Part shown: one piece after another, positions 9,447 to 18,724 of the stretch
Position numbering within the stretch: the first letter of the stretch is position 1
Layout of the letters: every line of letters begins with the position of its first letter
NCBI GenBank assembly: GCA_963826115.1
Contig: CAWGVS010000012.1
Coordinates: forward strand, 416,001-480,000
Source of the DNA: an uncultured Candidatus Rokubacteria bacterium
GTDB taxonomy: Bacteria > Methylomirabilota > Methylomirabilia > Rokubacteriales > DASRDR01
Length of the DNA stretch: 64,000 nucleotides
Reading direction: 5' to 3'
Position numbers and translations under genes: made by a program
The notes under the pieces: generated by a model
Databases searched by the model: none
What the model saw: the letters and a program-made list of their open reading frames with translations, nothing else
Told to the model about the DNA's origin: nothing

Positions 9447-10298
9447 ATGCCCGACGCGCTGAAGCTCGCGCTCTTCGGCCTCCACCGGGGCAGCAGCGTC
9501 GATCCCGAGACGCTGGCCCGCCGCGCGCGCCGGGCCGAGGACGTCGGCTTCGAGTCGCTCTGGGTGGGCGATCACGTCGCCCTCCCGGTGGACGCGCCCG
9601 ACAACCCGGCCACGCAGCCGCGCCTCGAGGCGGTGGTCACGCTCGCGCACCTGGCGGCCCTCACGCGTCGCGTGCGCCTCGCCGTCGGCGTCATCGTGCT
9701 GCCGCAGCGCCAGCCGGTCCTCCTCGCGAAGCAGCTCACCTCCGTCGACGTGCTGTCGGGGGGGCGGCTCATCGTCGGCCTCGGCGTCGGCTACCTCGAG
9801 CCGGAGCTCACCGCGCTCGGCGCCTCGCTCGCGGACCGCGGCGCCCGCACCGACGAGTACCTCCGCGCGATGCGCGCCCTCTGGGACGAGCCGACGCCCG
9901 CGTTCGCGGGCCGCTTCGTCGCGTTCGCCGGCGTCATCGAGCGCCCGCGCCCCGTGCAGCGGCCGCATCCGCCCATCGTGGTCGGCGGGCACTCGCCCGC
10001 CGCGCACCGCCGGGCGATCGAGGCCGCGAACGGCTGGTACGGGTGGGAGCTCGGGCTCGAGGAGACCGCCCGGGCGCTGGGCGAGCTGCGCGACGCGGCG
10101 CGACGTCACGCGCGCCCGGCCGCGCTCGGCCCGCTCGAGATCACGATCACGCCGCCCCGCCTGGTGGACCGCGACACGGCCCGCCGCTACGCCGACCTCG
10201 GCGTGCACCGTCTCGCGATCCAGCCCCACACCATGGACGGTGGCGCGATCGACGAGCTCATCGAGACCGTCGGCGACACCCTCGTCGGCCGGCTCTAG
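9447..10298 (+). CDS. LLM-class (probable F420-dependent) oxidoreductase
   Basis: GFESLWVGDHV, PQRQPVLLAKQLTSVDVLSGGRL, PRPVQRPHPPIVVGG. Confidence 0.9.
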   Translation: MPDALKLALFGLHRGSSVDPETLARRARRAEDVGFESLWVGDHVALPVDAPDNPATQPRLEAVVTLAHLAALTRRVRLAVGVIVLPQRQPVLLAKQLTSVDVLSGGRLIVGLGVGYLEPELTALGASLADRGARTDEYLRAMRALWDEPTPAFAGRFVAFAGVIERPRPVQRPHPPIVVGGHSPAAHRRAIEAANGWYGWELGLEETARALGELRDAARRHARPAALGPLEITITPPRLVDRDTARRYADLGVHRLAIQPHTMDGGAIDELIETVGDTLVGRL

Positions 10299-10303
10299 GG
10301 GTC

Positions 10304-10332
10304 TTGCGAGCGCGGGGGCCGCGCCCTATGAT
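10304..10332 (+). promoter_or_regulatory. sigma70-type promoter of the 10354-16411 operon
   Basis: TTGCGA-N17-TATGAT. Confidence 0.6.
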
Positions 10333-10353
10333 CCGGCGCGAGGCCGCCCGCCG

Positions 10354-11997
10354 ATGACCCGCCCGAGCGATCCGAAGTCCGTGTCCGGCAAGACGACCGC
10401 GCCCGAGCGCCGGGTCCCGCTGGTCGTGGTCGGTGCCGGCCCCGCCGGCGTCGCGGCGGCGACGGCGGCGGCGCGCGCCGGTGTCTCGGTGCTCCTCCTC
10501 GACGAGCATCCGCTCGACCCCGAGCTCATGGCCATGGACGTCCCGCTCTACTTCGGTCAGCGGATGAGCGCGGCGGTGCGGGACCGGGGCGTCATGCTCG
10601 AGCGCGTCGTCCGGACGAATCCCGGGCTCGAGGCGGCCATCGAGGCCGGCGTCGACGTCGAGCTCGGCGTCTCGGTGTGGGGCGCGTTCCAGCCCGGGCC
10701 CGTCCTGCAGGAGCTCGGCGGCCCGTGCCTCGGCGTCGCGGACCAGACGCGCTCGTGGCTCCTTGGCTACGACCGGTTGATCGTCGCCGCCGGCGCCCGC
10801 GATCTCGGCCTCGCGTTCCGGGGCTGGGAGAAGGCCGGCACCATGGGCGCCGCGGGCGCCCTCGCGCTCCTCGCGCGCTACCAGGCCTGCGCCGCGCGCC
10901 GCATGGTCGTCCTCGGCTCGGGCCCGCTCGGGCTGGCCGTGGCCGCGCTCGCCCGGACGCGCGGCATCGAGGTGCCGGCGATCGTCGAGGTCGGGCCCGC
11001 GCTCCGGTGCGACGCGGCCGAACAGGAGCGTCTCGAGCGCGAGGGCACGCGCTTCTATCCGCGCCACGTCGTCGCCGCGGCGCTCGGCGCGCGCGACGAG
11101 CTGGAGGGCGTCCGGCTCGCGGCCCTCGACGGAGATCTCCGCCCTGTCGCCGGGCGGGAGGTGGACATCGCGTGCGACACCGCGTGTCTCGCCATCGGCC
11201 TCGTGCCGCAGGTCGAGCTGCTCCAGCTCCTCGGATGCCGGCTCGCCTTCCGCTCCGAGCGGGGCGGCTGGGTTCCCGAGGTCGACGCGACGCAGCGAAC
11301 GAGCGTCCCGGAGGTGTACGCGGCCGGCGACGTCACCGGCGTCGACGAGCGCGCGGTGACGTCACCCGACCGCGCCCAGGCCGAGGGTCGCCGGGCGGGG
11401 CTTGCCGCCGCCGCCGCGCTCGGCGCGATCGCTCCGGACCGCCTGGAGGCCCTGTTGCGCGAGACTCCGCCGCCCGCGGCCCTGAGCGGTCCGCGCGCCC
11501 ACGACTACTGGCGCCAGTGGATCCGCGCGACGGGCGCGGCGGCCGGCGGCGAGATCCTGGCCTGCCAGTGCGAGGAGGTGACGCGGAGCGAGCTGGTCGG
11601 AGTGCAGCCGCCGCGCTATCTCGGCGCCGCCTCGCCGACCATGCGCGCCCGGAACATCGGGAGCCTGAGCCAGGACGGCCCGATCAATCCCGACCAGGTG
11701 AAGCGTCTGACGCGCGCGGGCATGGGACCCTGCCAGGGGCGGCGCTGCCGGGAGCAGGTGGCGCTCATCCTGGCGGAGGCGGGCGACGTGCCCGTCGACA
11801 CGATCCCGCTCGCGAGCTACCGGCCGCCGGTGCGGCCGCTCCCCCTCTCGGTGCTCTGGCCGCACGACGAGCCGGCGTCGATGCGCGAGCACTGGGTGAG
11901 CTGGTTCGGGATCCCGACCCAGTTCGCGCCGCACTGGGCGGGCGACCCGGACATGACCGTCATGCTCGACGTGCCGGGCGCGACGCCGGTCGAGTGA
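10354..11997 (+). CDS. FAD/NAD(P)-dependent oxidoreductase with C-terminal BFD-like [2Fe-2S] (opine oxidase A/HcnB-like)
   Basis: GAGPAG; TSVPEVYAAGD; CQCEEV...KRLTRAGMGPCQGRRC; RPPVRP. Confidence 0.88.
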   Translation: MTRPSDPKSVSGKTTAPERRVPLVVVGAGPAGVAAATAAARAGVSVLLLDEHPLDPELMAMDVPLYFGQRMSAAVRDRGVMLERVVRTNPGLEAAIEAGVDVELGVSVWGAFQPGPVLQELGGPCLGVADQTRSWLLGYDRLIVAAGARDLGLAFRGWEKAGTMGAAGALALLARYQACAARRMVVLGSGPLGLAVAALARTRGIEVPAIVEVGPALRCDAAEQERLEREGTRFYPRHVVAAALGARDELEGVRLAALDGDLRPVAGREVDIACDTACLAIGLVPQVELLQLLGCRLAFRSERGGWVPEVDATQRTSVPEVYAAGDVTGVDERAVTSPDRAQAEGRRAGLAAAAALGAIAPDRLEALLRETPPPAALSGPRAHDYWRQWIRATGAAAGGEILACQCEEVTRSELVGVQPPRYLGAASPTMRARNIGSLSQDGPINPDQVKRLTRAGMGPCQGRRCREQVALILAEAGDVPVDTIPLASYRPPVRPLPLSVLWPHDEPASMREHWVSWFGIPTQFAPHWAGDPDMTVMLDVPGATPVE

Positions 11998-12004
11998 GGA
12001 CAGG

Positions 12005-13171
12005 ATGAGCGACCTGCGCGGCGCGAGCGTCGTGGTGGTGGGAGGCGGCGTCACCGGCCTCAGCAGCGCCTGGTGGCTCGCGCGGGCGGGCGTCGACGTC
12101 CTGGTCCTCGAGGCCGGCATCGTCGGGTGGGAGGCCTCGGGGCGGAATGGCGGCGGCGCGACCCACGTCTACAGCCCGCTCGGCGTCGAGGAGCAGCGGC
12201 TCTGGCCCCAGATGGACGAGCTGCTCGGCTATCCCACCGAGCACATGCCGCACCGGATCCGCATCGCGCTGACGTCCGACCAGCTCACGCTCTACCGGGC
12301 CAACGCGCGGATCGCCGCCGATCGCGGCTTCCCCATCGAGCCGCTCGACGCCAAGCAGATCAAGGAGCTCGTGCCGATCGTCGGCGACAACGTGGTGGGC
12401 GGCCTCTACCTCCACTTCGGCGGCCACGCGAATCCCCAGCGCACCGTCCAGGCCTACGCGTGGGCACTCCAGGACCTCGGCGGCCGCATCCGCCAGCACA
12501 CGGCGGTCACCGGCTTCCGGATGGCCGGCGGGCGCGTCACCGCCGTCGAGACCGCCGCCGGACTCGTCGGCGCGGACACGGTCGTCCTGGCGGCGGGGCC
12601 CCAGACCGATCGGCTGGCCGCCATGCTCGGCGTCCGCGTGCCGCTCGCGCCGTCGCGGGTCGAGATGATCTGCACCGAGCCCTTGCCGCTCATGAAGGTG
12701 GGCGGGGTCGACGGGAACGGCCTCTATGGCCGGCAGACGCGCCGCGGCAACCTCGTCTACGGCGGCGGCCCCCACGAGTGGCTCGACCAGACGGACCTCG
12801 CCGCCGCGGCGGGCGCGAAGCCGACGACGCCCCTCCTCCGGAGCCTCGGACGCCGGCTGGCCGAGCTCTTCCGCGGGGCCGCCCACATGCGCGTCATCCG
12901 GAGCTGGGCGGGCATCGTCGAGAACACGCCCGACGGTCTGCCCATCATCGATCGGCTGACCCAGCCGGCCAACGTCGTCCTCGCGACGATGTCGAGCGTC
13001 GGGTTCGGGCTCTCGCCGGCGTCGGGGCACGCGATCAGCGAGCTCGTCCTCCACGGCGAGTGCCGCTTCGCCAACCTCACCGCCCTCCGGCTCGGCCGCT
13101 TCGCCGACACGCCGCCCGACTGGCGGACGCGGCTCGGCTGGCTGCCCGCGGCGACCGAAGTCCAGGTCTGA
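12005..13171 (+). CDS. DAO-family FAD oxidoreductase (opine oxidase B/HcnC-like)
   Basis: GGGVTG, ASGRNGG, RSWAG, TPDGLPII, GFGLSPASG. Confidence 0.88.
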   Translation: MSDLRGASVVVVGGGVTGLSSAWWLARAGVDVLVLEAGIVGWEASGRNGGGATHVYSPLGVEEQRLWPQMDELLGYPTEHMPHRIRIALTSDQLTLYRANARIAADRGFPIEPLDAKQIKELVPIVGDNVVGGLYLHFGGHANPQRTVQAYAWALQDLGGRIRQHTAVTGFRMAGGRVTAVETAAGLVGADTVVLAAGPQTDRLAAMLGVRVPLAPSRVEMICTEPLPLMKVGGVDGNGLYGRQTRRGNLVYGGGPHEWLDQTDLAAAAGAKPTTPLLRSLGRRLAELFRGAAHMRVIRSWAGIVENTPDGLPIIDRLTQPANVVLATMSSVGFGLSPASGHAISELVLHGECRFANLTALRLGRFADTPPDWRTRLGWLPAATEVQV

Positions 13172-13175
13172 GCCC

Positions 13176-14285
13176 GTGAAGGCCGCGGTCTGTTACGAGG
13201 CGGGGAAACCCCTCGTCGTCGAGGACGTCGTCCTCGACCCGCCGAAGGCGGGCGAGGTGCGGGTCCGCGTCGGCGCGTGCGCCATCTGTCACAGCGACGT
13301 GCACCTCGTCCGCGGCGACTGGGCCGGCTGGACCAGCACGCCGCCCCCCGTGGTGGCGGGCCACGAGGCCGCGGGGACGGTCACCGAGGTCGGCCCGGGC
13401 GTCACGCGCGTCCGGCCGGGGGACCACGTGGTCGTGTCGCTCCTCCGCACGTGCGGCGCCTGCGTCCCGTGTCTCTCCGGCGCGGCCTATCTCTGCGAGG
13501 GGAGCTTCGCCCTCATGACGGAGCACCGCCTCCACACGCGCGCCGGCCGGCCGCTCAACGCCGGGATCCGCGTGGCGGGATTCGCGGAGGCGGTGGTGGT
13601 GGAGCAATCGCAGCTGGTGCCCGTCCCGCGAGAGCTCGGCCACGACCGGGCGTGCCTCCTGGCGTGCGGCGTGATCACCGGGGTCGGCGCGGTGCTGAAC
13701 ACCGCCGAGCTCGTGCCGGGCAGCAGCGCCGTGATCATCGGCGCGGGCGGCGTCGGCGTGAACGCGATCCAGGGCGCGGCCCTGGCCGGGGCGACGCCCA
13801 TCATCGCGGTCGACGTCCTGCCGGCGAAGCTCCCGGTCGCCCGGAGCTTCGGCGCCACCCACGCGGTGGACGGCCGTCAGCCCGACCTGCCGGCGCGCGT
13901 GCGCGAGCTCACCGGCGGCCGCGGCGCGGACTACGTCTTCGTGACCGTCGGCGCCCCGGCCGCGGTGACCCAGGCGCTCACGCTCGCCCGGCGCGGCGGG
14001 ACGGTGGTGCTGGTCGGGATGCCGCCGGCGGGGGCCACCGCGCCGATCCCCATCGGCGACTTCGCCGGGAACGGGCTCCGCCTCCTGGGCAGCAACATGG
14101 GCTCGACCCGCCTCGGCGTGGACGTGCCCCGGCTCGTCGCGCGCCATCAAGAGGGCCGGCTCAACCTCGACGGGCTCATCACCGCCCGCTACCCGCTCGA
14201 GCGGATCAACGAGGCGATCGAGGCGATGGAAGGCGGTCAGGCGCTCCGGAACGTGATCGTGTTCCCGGCGGCGGACGGGCCGTGA
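13176..14285 (+). CDS. Zn-dependent alcohol/formaldehyde dehydrogenase
   Basis: ICHSD, GHEAAG, CGACVPC...C, LACGVITGVGAV, GAGGVG. Confidence 0.92.
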   Translation: MKAAVCYEAGKPLVVEDVVLDPPKAGEVRVRVGACAICHSDVHLVRGDWAGWTSTPPPVVAGHEAAGTVTEVGPGVTRVRPGDHVVVSLLRTCGACVPCLSGAAYLCEGSFALMTEHRLHTRAGRPLNAGIRVAGFAEAVVVEQSQLVPVPRELGHDRACLLACGVITGVGAVLNTAELVPGSSAVIIGAGGVGVNAIQGAALAGATPIIAVDVLPAKLPVARSFGATHAVDGRQPDLPARVRELTGGRGADYVFVTVGAPAAVTQALTLARRGGTVVLVGMPPAGATAPIPIGDFAGNGLRLLGSNMGSTRLGVDVPRLVARHQEGRLNLDGLITARYPLERINEAIEAMEGGQALRNVIVFPAADGP

Positions 14286-15415
14286 CGGGCGCCGGGGACG
14301 CCGGCGGCGCGCTCGCGCGCACGCTCCCCGGGCGCTTCTACCACGACCCCGCGATCTGGCAGCTCGAGCAGGCGCGCCTCTTCGGCCGGCTCTGGGTGTG
14401 CGTCGGGCGCGCCGACCAGTTCCCCGCCACGGGCCACTACCGGACGGTGCGCGTCGGGGAGGAGAGCGTGCTGGTCGTCCGGGGCGAGAACGGCGCGCTC
14501 CGCGCGTTCCTCAACGTGTGCCGCCACCGCGGCGCCCGGCTCTGCCCGACCGAGCGAGGCCAGACGCGGACGCTCCAGTGCCGCTACCACGCGTGGACCT
14601 ACGGCCTCGACGGCCGCCTCCTCCGCGCGCCGGGGCTCCAGGACTCGGCGGCGTTCGACAAGGACGCGTTCGGGCTGGTCCCCGTGACCCTCGAGACCTG
14701 GGAAGGGCTCGTGTGGGTGAACCTCGTCGAGAATCCCCCGCCGCTCGCGGACCAGCTCCTTCCGCAGCTGGCCGCGCGGCTCGGCGACGCCGACCGCCTG
14801 GCCGCCTATCGGATCGGCACGCTCGCGGTCGGCCGCACCCTCGAGTACGAGGTGCAGGCCAACTGGAAGGTGATCGTGGAGAACTTCATGGAGTGCTACC
14901 ACTGCGCGCCGATGCATCCGGAGCTCGTGCGGCTCCTCCCCGCGTTCCGGAACGGCGCGACCCAGGAGTACGGGCTCGGCACGCGCCTCGCCGACGACGC
15001 CGAGGGGCTGACGATGAGCGGGCGGGCCCCGGCGCCGCCGTTCCCGGGCCTGACCCCGGGTCACGAGCGGCACTACTACGGGATGGTCGTGCGTCCGAAC
15101 ATGCTGCTGAACCTCCTCCCGGACCACGTCATCGTCCACACGCTCACCCCCCTCGCGCCCGACCGCTCCCGGGTCACCTGTGACTGGCTCTTTGCGCCGG
15201 AGGTCGTCCAGCGGCCCGGGTTCGACCCCGAGGACACGGTGGGCCTGTTCGACCGGGTCAATCGCCAGGACTGGGAAGTGTGCGAGTGGGTCCAGGCCGG
15301 CGTCCGGTCGCGCGCCTTCGCCGCCGGCGGCGTCTACGTCCCGATCGAGCGGCACATCCGCGGGTTCAACGACTGGGTGCTCGCCGAGCTCGGCCTGCCT
15401 CCGGACCAGCCGTAG
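14282..15415 (+). CDS. Second Rieske oxygenase alpha subunit (GbcA-like)
   Basis: CRHRG...CRYHAW; ECYHCAPMH; QD; GTG overlaps the ADH stop. Confidence 0.9.
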   Translation: MTGAGDAGGALARTLPGRFYHDPAIWQLEQARLFGRLWVCVGRADQFPATGHYRTVRVGEESVLVVRGENGALRAFLNVCRHRGARLCPTERGQTRTLQCRYHAWTYGLDGRLLRAPGLQDSAAFDKDAFGLVPVTLETWEGLVWVNLVENPPPLADQLLPQLAARLGDADRLAAYRIGTLAVGRTLEYEVQANWKVIVENFMECYHCAPMHPELVRLLPAFRNGATQEYGLGTRLADDAEGLTMSGRAPAPPFPGLTPGHERHYYGMVVRPNMLLNLLPDHVIVHTLTPLAPDRSRVTCDWLFAPEVVQRPGFDPEDTVGLFDRVNRQDWEVCEWVQAGVRSRAFAAGGVYVPIERHIRGFNDWVLAELGLPPDQP

Positions 15416-15463
15416 CGGCGGAAGGACCGGCGTCCCCGACCTGCGGCCCCGCGCCTCGAGCGC

Positions 15464-16411
15464 ATGGGCGTCGTCGGCAGCGCCTTCGCGCACGTGATTC
15501 CTCTCCCCTGGCTCTGGATCCCGGTCACCGTCGGGGCCGCGTTCGCGCAGACCCTGCGGAACATGGCCCAGCGCCATCTCACGGGCCCCCTCGGGACCCT
15601 CGGGGCCACGCTGGTGCGCTTCCTCTACGGCCTGCCCTTCGCCGCGCTGTGGCTCGCCCTGGCGCTGCGCATCGGCGAGGGTCCGCTCCCGACGCCGACC
15701 CGCGCGTTTGTCGGCTGGGTCCTCGTGGGCGCCGTCTGCCAGATCACGGCCACCGCACTCCTCTTGCGCGTCATGGCCGAGCGCACCTTCACCCTCGGCG
15801 TGGCGTACTCCAAGACGGAGATCATCCAGGTCGCCGGGTTCGGGCTCGCGTTCCTGGGCGACCGGGTGTCCGGCGGCGCGGCCACGGCCATCGCGCTCGG
15901 GACCGTCGGCGTCCTGCTCCTGTCCCCCGCGGACCGGCAGCGGCCCTGGCAGAGCTTGCTGGCGGGGTGGGCGACCCGGTCCGCCGTGCTCGGCCTCCTC
16001 TCCGGCACGGGCTTCGGGCTGGCCGCGGTCGGCTTTCGCGGCGCGTCGCTGGCGCTGGGCGGCACCTCGTTCCTGGTGGCGGCGGCCTACACGCTCGTGG
16101 TGGCGCAGGCCCTCCAGACGCTCCTGCTCGGAACCTGGCTCGCGCTCCGGGCGCCCGCCATCGTCATCGCGGTCCTCCGGGCCTGGCGCGTGTCGATCCT
16201 GGCGGGGCTCATGGGCGCCGTCGCGTCCGGCGGCTGGTTCACCGCCATGACCATCGAGCCGGCCGCCCACGTGCGGACGCTGGGGCTGATCGAGCTCCTC
16301 TTCAGCTACGTGATCTCGCGCCGGGTGTTCCGCGAGCGACTCACCGGCCGCGAGTTGGCCGGCGTCGCCGTCCTGACGCTGGCGCTCGTCGTCATGACGC
16401 TCTGGCGCTGA
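15464..16411 (+). CDS. DMT/EamA-family transporter
   Basis: About 10 hydrophobic helices; AQTLRNMAQR, VRFLYGLP, AYSKTE. Confidence 0.82.
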   Translation: MGVVGSAFAHVIPLPWLWIPVTVGAAFAQTLRNMAQRHLTGPLGTLGATLVRFLYGLPFAALWLALALRIGEGPLPTPTRAFVGWVLVGAVCQITATALLLRVMAERTFTLGVAYSKTEIIQVAGFGLAFLGDRVSGGAATAIALGTVGVLLLSPADRQRPWQSLLAGWATRSAVLGLLSGTGFGLAAVGFRGASLALGGTSFLVAAAYTLVVAQALQTLLLGTWLALRAPAIVIAVLRAWRVSILAGLMGAVASGGWFTAMTIEPAAHVRTLGLIELLFSYVISRRVFRERLTGRELAGVAVLTLALVVMTLWR

Positions 16412-16420
16412 GGCGCCGCG

Positions 16421-16954
16421 CTAGGGAACGCCGGCCTTCTCGAGCCAGGGCGCGAAGCGCGACTGGAAGTCGCGCACGTCGTCCTGGGCCTCGCGATCGC
16501 CCTCGGCCAGCGCCTCGGCGACGCGGAGGCATTCGGCGACCATCGCGTGGTCGTTCACGCTCGCGAAGGCCTCGCCGGCCCGGAGCACCCCGGTCAGCGA
16601 CCCCGCGCGCCGCCCCAGCGTGAACGCCTGGGCGTAGAGCGCCTGCGCCTCGACGTCGCGCCGGAACCCGGCGCGGGCGCCGATCCGCCGATAGGCGTCG
16701 CCCGCGGCCAGGATGTCTTCCCAGCGGCCGGAGGCGAGGGCGGCGCGCCGTCCCGCTCGCCAGACCCTGAGCGCCCCGGCGATGTCGTCGCGCGAGAGCG
16801 CGGCGTCGATGGCCACGGCGCGATCCGTCCACTCCACCGGGCCCGGGAACGGCAGGCGTGCGAGGTGCCGCGCCTCGGCGAGCCCCGCCGCCACCGTCAA
16901 CGCCACGGCCGCGAGGACCGCCAGCGACCGCCGCCGCGGGAACGTCGGGCTCAC
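16421..16954 (-). CDS. Hypothetical exported helical protein
   Basis: Signal-like N-terminus; GTGA-coupled to the upstream gene. Confidence 0.65.
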   Translation of the reverse strand: MSPTFPRRRSLAVLAAVALTVAAGLAEARHLARLPFPGPVEWTDRAVAIDAALSRDDIAGALRVWRAGRRAALASGRWEDILAAGDAYRRIGARAGFRRDVEAQALYAQAFTLGRRAGSLTGVLRAGEAFASVNDHAMVAECLRVAEALAEGDREAQDDVRDFQSRFAPWLEKAGVP

Positions 16955-17478
16955 GGCCGGTCAGGCTGGAGGAGCTGCCGCATCTCGTCGCGAAGCGCGG
17001 CCATCCGCGCCTTGACCGCCGCCGCCTGGGCGAGCTGCTCCGGCGTCAGGAGCGCGCGCACCTCCATGGCCGTCTGGGCGCTCTCCTGCAGCAGCTGGTC
17101 CCGCAGCTGGCCGATCCGCTGGAGGACGGGCTGGAGATCCGCGCCCTGCACGGCGCCCGACGCGAACAGCTTGTCGGCGAGCTCGTCCTGCACCTGCCGC
17201 AGCTGGTCGGTGAGGCTCCGGAGCGCCGGCCGGTGCGCGGCGAGGATCTCGCGGACCCGCGTCTGCTGGTCCGGCGTGAGGCGCGCGCCGCGCAGGAGGA
17301 GCGGCAGCCGCAGGCCGTCGGCGTACCCTCCCATCCGGTCCCACTCGCCGCGCATCATGGGCCCCTGGGGGCCCGGCGGCCCCGTCGGTCCCGACCCCTG
17401 GGCCGCGGCGACGCCCGCGCCCGCCACGATCAGCCCGACACCGAGCACCATCGCCCGCACCAACCGTCCGTGTCGCAT
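16951..17478 (-). CDS. Spy/CpxP-like periplasmic protein
   Basis: Signal peptide, G/P/M-rich segment, two LTxxQ motifs (LTPDQQ, LTPEQL). Confidence 0.82.
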   Translation of the reverse strand: MRHGRLVRAMVLGVGLIVAGAGVAAAQGSGPTGPPGPQGPMMRGEWDRMGGYADGLRLPLLLRGARLTPDQQTRVREILAAHRPALRSLTDQLRQVQDELADKLFASGAVQGADLQPVLQRIGQLRDQLLQESAQTAMEVRALLTPEQLAQAAAVKARMAALRDEMRQLLQPDRP

Positions 17479-17526
17479 CCTCGTGCCCTCCCGCCGGGAA
17501 TCCGTCCCGGGCCGTTCGTGAGTGCT

Positions 17527-18021
17527 TCAGAGCGTGACGTCGACGGCGGACCCGCCGCACCGCGCATCGAGCCCGTGGCCGGGCTCGCACGCGGCCTCGC
17601 CGTCGAGGAGCGACCCGAGCTCCGCGAGCGCGTCGGGCGCCGGCGTCGCGGGATCGCCGCCGATCGAGAACATCGCCATGGACACGTCCTGGAGGAGCCG
17701 CGTCGCCTCCGCCGTCTCCACGGCGCGGCTCGTCGACGGAGCAGGCGGCGCGGGCCACCGGCCGCCCGGCGCCCCGAGGAGCGCCGCCGCCAGGGCCAGC
17801 CCGGCGGCGACGGCCGGCCACGCCCGGCGGGGCGCGGCGGGCGCGGCGATCCGCGGCGCGACGCTCTCGCCGAGCGCGGCGGCGATCTGCCGCACGTCCC
17901 GGCGGAGGCGCGCGGCCCGCGCCGCGCACGCGTCGCACTGGTCGGCGTGCGCCTGCTGCGACGTCGTCCCGCCGCCCACGTGCAGGCTGAGGAGGTTCCG
18001 CTCGGACAGGCATCGGCTCAT
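17527..18021 (-). CDS. Putative Zn-binding membrane anti-sigma factor
   Basis: H-x3-C-x2-C (HADQCDAC) plus one TM helix; ATGA overlap with the sigma gene. Confidence 0.75.
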   Translation of the reverse strand: MSRCLSERNLLSLHVGGGTTSQQAHADQCDACAARAARLRRDVRQIAAALGESVAPRIAAPAAPRRAWPAVAAGLALAAALLGAPGGRWPAPPAPSTSRAVETAEATRLLQDVSMAMFSIGGDPATPAPDALAELGSLLDGEAACEPGHGLDARCGGSAVDVTL

Positions 18022-18554
18022 GGCGTCCCTCCAAGGGCCAGACGCAGACGACGGATCGCGCGGAAGAGATGGCGCTTCACGCTGCCGGCGCTCACGCCGA
18101 GCGCCGTGGCCACCTCGTACGTGCTCCAGTCCTCGAGGTGGCGGAGCACGAAGACCTCTTGCTGGCGCGGCGGCAGCGTCCGGAACGCTTGCCAGATGCG
18201 CGCGCGGGTCTCCCCGTCGATGGCGAGCGTCTCCGCGCTCGGCCAGTCGGCGGCGAGCCGGAGCTCGTCGACCGGCACCGTGCGGCGGCGAAACCGCGGC
18301 CACCAGCCGGCCCGCCGCCGGTCGCGGCAGGCGTTGACCGCCACCCGCGTGAGCCATCGTCCCCAGTCGCGCGGCGCCTCGCCGCTCCGGACGCTGGCCG
18401 TCGCCCGCAGGAAGACCTCCTGCACCACGTCGGCCGCTTCCTGGGGATCGCGCAAGAGGAGCCCGCAGAGCCGGCGGAGCCGGCCGTAGTGGTCGACGAA
18501 TCCCTCGTGCGGGGGCGCGTCCGGCGCGAGGACGGAGCCGGCGGTGATACCCAT
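18018..18554 (-). CDS. ECF sigma factor
   Basis: AADVVQEVFLR, WLTRVAVNACRD, LPPRQQEVFVLR...GSVKRHLFRA. Confidence 0.92.
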   Translation of the reverse strand: MGITAGSVLAPDAPPHEGFVDHYGRLRRLCGLLLRDPQEAADVVQEVFLRATASVRSGEAPRDWGRWLTRVAVNACRDRRRAGWWPRFRRRTVPVDELRLAADWPSAETLAIDGETRARIWQAFRTLPPRQQEVFVLRHLEDWSTYEVATALGVSAGSVKRHLFRAIRRLRLALGGTP

Positions 18555-18567
18555 CTCTGTAGGATCT

Positions 18568-18594
18568 GACGAACGAGACCGCGAATCGGTTGAC
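18568..18594 (-). promoter_or_regulatory. ECF-type autoregulatory promoter
   Basis: GTCAAC-N17-CGTC, 13 nt upstream of the sigma ATG. Confidence 0.55.
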
Positions 18595-18683
18595 CGGGCG
18601 CGGATCGGGACTGCCAGGCTGGCAGTCCGGCGGACGGGCTGCGGGCAGGGCGGGCCGTTCGGCCGGCCGACTCAGCGTGTCAG

Positions 18684-18717
18684 CCGGCCGCGGGGACGCG
18701 CGGATCCCCGCGGCCGG
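18684..18717 (-). terminator. 13-bp GC hairpin downstream of the BHMT-like gene
   Basis: ccggccgcgggga/tccccgcggccgg; no U-tract. Confidence 0.4.
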
Positions 18718-18724
18718 GTCGGGC

